From positions 4,514,183 to 4,565,964 of the forward strand of contig NW_019091357.1 of NCBI RefSeq assembly GCF_001949145.1: a DNA stretch of 51,782 bases, given 5' to 3'. Shown one piece after another: positions 49,701 to 51,782 of the stretch. The notes under the pieces were generated by a model. It searched no databases, was not told the DNA's origin, and worked only from the letters and a program-made list of their open reading frames with translations. The first letter of the stretch is position 1. Each line of letters opens with the position of its first letter. The DNA comes from Acanthaster planci. Lineage: Eukaryota. The position numbers and the translations under genes are program-made.

Positions 49701-51449
49701 AAGACAAGAGCAGCAAAATTGGGATACATGTCACTCAAAAGTCAAGTCATATTATGTATACGTACTAGTGTATGTTCTACAATTTTCTTTTTAAATTAAG
49801 TAATGCTAAAAAGTCTATTTTAAGAAACTTACGTTGTGAAAAGAACTTTGTAGAAACTGAGAAATTTGTAGAAGAGTTGTAGACTATAAAAGATGGGCTC
49901 ATGATGGACAAGGGTCACTCCTTGACAGAGGTGTTCAGAAAACACAAGCCAACAGGTGCATTTGGTATATGTCTAATTCGTATCGAAGGTGTCATTGCAA
50001 CATCTAACCTGATTGCCAATGGCAACTCTTCCTATTACCCTCAGAATTTAAGATTGGTTAAGCCATTTAATTGGTAAATGGCTGGAAGAGGATTAACTGG
50101 CCCATTAAGGTCAGTTTGTTCCACCTCAAATGGTCTATGTTTCTCTCTTCCACTGGCACAAATAAACTGGTTGTACTCGTACGTGCAAGTACTTGTACTC
50201 GGAAACCATTACTTGTATTCGGCTGGCAAAGTACTCGAACTGTCTTTGTACTCGGCGGTCAAAGTACTCAGCAGTACTTGGTACTCGAAAAAAGTACTCG
50301 ACTACAACACTGAGAAACATACACACCAAGAGAGATTTTGGAGGGCAGTTCTACCATATGCGGCTGATAGAGGTTGTTGACTTATTGACTCCTGCACCAT
50401 TTCAACCTGTGGTGGCAAGGCGAATGTGGAGCAACTCTTGTAAGTTCATCCAGACAAAGTGAAGTGCAGAGCTGAATCTTGTTCCGAAAGAGACAGTTCC
50501 AGTTTGTGGGAGTGTCAAGTCCAGTATTTGTGATGGTCATCACGCCCTCCCCGTTTCATCTCGAGCCCGGTCATTCTTATTTGACGTGGTCTTTGTCCCT
50601 GGTGCAGCTCATTTTTTGCACCGTAAAGAACTAAACTGTTTTTCACCATCTGTGGAGTCCAGCATTCTTCACTGTAGTGCCTGCCAAGTTCTCACCCATA
50701 AGATCTACTGGTTTACATTAGATCTATTTCTTGATTCTTTACTCTTATCATTGTAAGCTAGTTCCAATCTGTATTTCCTCTGTTATCCTTATTTTTGACA
50801 AGCTAAGTGTGTTATTCTCATTACATTTATTTGTGCCTTATGTCAGTGTGATTTTGTTTAACTTCTTTTTTGCATCAGAGAAAATTCAAGCTTCAAAATA
50901 ATTGAATAGTCTGGAGTTTTTCGGATCGTGAGAATGTGTCCAATTACATGAAGCATGAGCTTTAGGACATGTGACTAGTCATTGATTCTGTTGAGGATAT
51001 AACGATTTATAATGAACTTTACTAGGACGTACAACAACGCAGGTGTCATTCCTAGGCACCATTGTTCCACAGATCTTACTCCGCCCACACCATCAGCACC
51101 AATTTCATTGTTCTGGTGAGTGCTGGAGTTCTGCCTATTAGGTTGATGTTCAGCTGTGTACCATCCTATAAAACTGAAGCTCCTCAGATATCAACACACT
51201 GTGGAGCCTCCAATTTTTCATTTGCCCCAAAGGCCTTAGAGATATAACAGTACTGGATGAAAGTGCTGACTTTTGTGTGTATATCCCCACTTTTGATTTT
51301 GCCAGGAACTCCGGTTTGAACTGGACAAGCTGCTGCAACAGAAGATCAGCCAACCAGGGATGACCTGCTGGCGTCAAGACACCAAGGAGGGCCGGATCAT
51401 GATGGCCATCATCGACCTCATCACGACCCAGGAGGACAGCAGACAGTAG
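31758..51449 (+). CDS. DHX36: DHX36-like helicase, tandem copy B lacking the Gly-rich/DSM N-terminus (~899 aa); exons 31758-31808, 32341-32461, 32823-32995, 33684-33854, 34346-34500, 34933-35034, 35438-35584, 36018-36158, 37019-37121, 37936-38079, 38488-38696, 39150-39267, 42493-42591, 43421-43594, 44182-44352, 44691-44790, 45168-45267, 47853-47976, 49456-49608, 51306-51449
   Basis: Same exon phases as copy A, giving a 2700-nt open frame with only codon-sized indels (+3 in exon 2, -3 in exon 8) and a stop three codons earlier. [25 protein letters not shown] and QRRGRAGR are intact. The start codon is inferred as the first ATG after an in-frame TGA at 31740. Confidence 0.88.
33187..33256 (-). 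mobile_element. Degenerate tRNA-derived SINE head, paralogous to 12763-12832
   Basis: gatttgaact...ccaccagctgagctatt at the same intron position as in copy A. Confidence 0.5.
34600..34803. mobile_element. ~200-bp MITE (hAT-like CAGTGGCGTAGCTAG-type end) in copy B intron 5
   Basis: Right end ctagctacgccactg, decayed left end aggggcatatatag, internal gcccc runs. Absent from copy A. Confidence 0.6.
37250..37685. repeat. Degenerate (CCCAG/CCAA)n tract paralogous to 16310-16627
   Basis: For example cccaacccagcccagccc at 37298-37315. It also contains an internal repeat of agccaaaccaag(t/c)caagaccatcg. Confidence 0.92.
39320..42430 (-). mobile_element. ~3.1-kb insertion in copy B intron 12 with degenerate coding remnants (probable DNA transposon)
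   Basis: The intron is 133 bp in copy A and 3225 bp in copy B, with both flanks still alignable. The minus-strand ORF 41803-42177 starts with CxxC..CxxC (HCCICR..VCKTC) followed by a coiled-coil-like segment, then breaks down. Boundaries are approximate. Confidence 0.55.
42790..43143 (+). mobile_element. 5'-truncated LINE 3' end (L2/CR1-group)
   Basis: Translation [45 protein letters not shown] matches the typical ORF2 C-terminus. It is followed by an AT-rich 3' UTR and an (ATT)n tail. Absent from copy A. Confidence 0.85.
45877..46721. mobile_element. Nested fold-back element carrying a frameshifted THAP zinc-finger remnant
   Basis: Termini AATAGACCTACAA../..TTGTAGGTCTATT. Region 46130-46337 is repeated inverted at 46460-46665. 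From the ATG at 46059 it reads [50 protein letters not shown], a C2CH THAP signature with one frameshift. Confidence 0.8.
47430..47561. repeat. Four tandem copies of a 33-bp unit
   Basis: ggcccttaaaccaagccttaaggccaaggctta starts at 47430, 47463, 47496 and 47529, with no variable spacers. Confidence 0.95.
48816..48927. mobile_element. Decayed inverted copy of the 17229-17347 MITE family
   Basis: ctaggtctgtgtcttcacttcatggagatgtgcagacagtagacctagctgtagct aligns to the reverse complement of 17229-17347. Confidence 0.65.
50165..50312. mobile_element. Terminal fragment of a hAT-like element with GTACTC subterminal repeats
   Basis: Multiple gtactc(g) motifs ending in ..ctacaacactg. Confidence 0.5.
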
Positions 51450-51536
51450 ATCGTAGATGGGCCCTGCTCTGTGGGGTCGGCCAATGTTTATGTGTTTCAC
51501 ATTCTTGAGAAAACCCCAGTTGCAAGAATATCAAGA

Positions 51537-51782
51537 TTTTTGGCGAGCTGCGAAGCAAGTGTGAGCCTATGTAATACCGATTTTCGTCTTCTGTCCGTCC
51601 GTCGGGCCATTTGGCCGTCCGCCCTCAAATGTTAAAGTTTTTCTTTGCAGGTCCATAGGTGTTAAAACGTGCCATTTAGTGCTTGTTTGCTTCTTCTTGG
51701 AATTCCATCAGTATTCCAGCAGTATTTAAATAGTCTCATCTGGCATTAATGCTTAGAAACTTATGATGGGGAGGGGGGCGGA
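51537..51782 (+). mobile_element. Possible 5' end of a Helentron/HINE-like non-autonomous element
   Basis: T-run start, short subterminal segment, then a (gtcc)n microsatellite (ctgtccgtccgtc). Truncated by the window end. Confidence 0.3.

Noticed and set aside
31758..51449. Copy B as a pseudogene or an uncollapsed allele
   Set aside because: There are no stops or frameshifts in exons 2-20 and all splice sites are intact. Extensive amino-acid, intron and TE differences exceed what I would expect of alleles. Not fully excluded without reads.

Overview
Intron-rich animal (invertebrate-like) genomic DNA. No prokaryotic operon, CRISPR array or intact RNA gene is visible. The window holds four genes. 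(1) The last four coding exons of POP1 (RNase P/MRP subunit, + strand, stop at 4099). (2) A divergent MOSMO-like tetraspan gene on the - strand with an intronless CDS (6755-7273). (3) A complete 20-coding-exon DHX36/RHAU G-quadruplex helicase gene (9898-24674, about 970 aa by my exon assembly). (4) A tandem duplicate of DHX36 (31758-51449, about 899 aa). The duplicate keeps an open reading frame, all GT-AG splice sites and helicase motifs I, II, III, V and VI, but has lost the Gly-rich N-terminus and the G4-binding DSM motif. This DSM-less paralogue is the best candidate for something undescribed. It also shows directional Arg loss and patches that look gene-converted, and both copies carry G4-forming tracts in intron 9. 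The introns contain many mobile-element remnants: Tc1/mariner, piggyBac-like, Harbinger-like and hAT-like elements, a THAP fold-back element, a LINE 3' end and tRNA-derived SINE heads. Exon boundaries and family assignments were made by eye from recalled homology; no searches were run.
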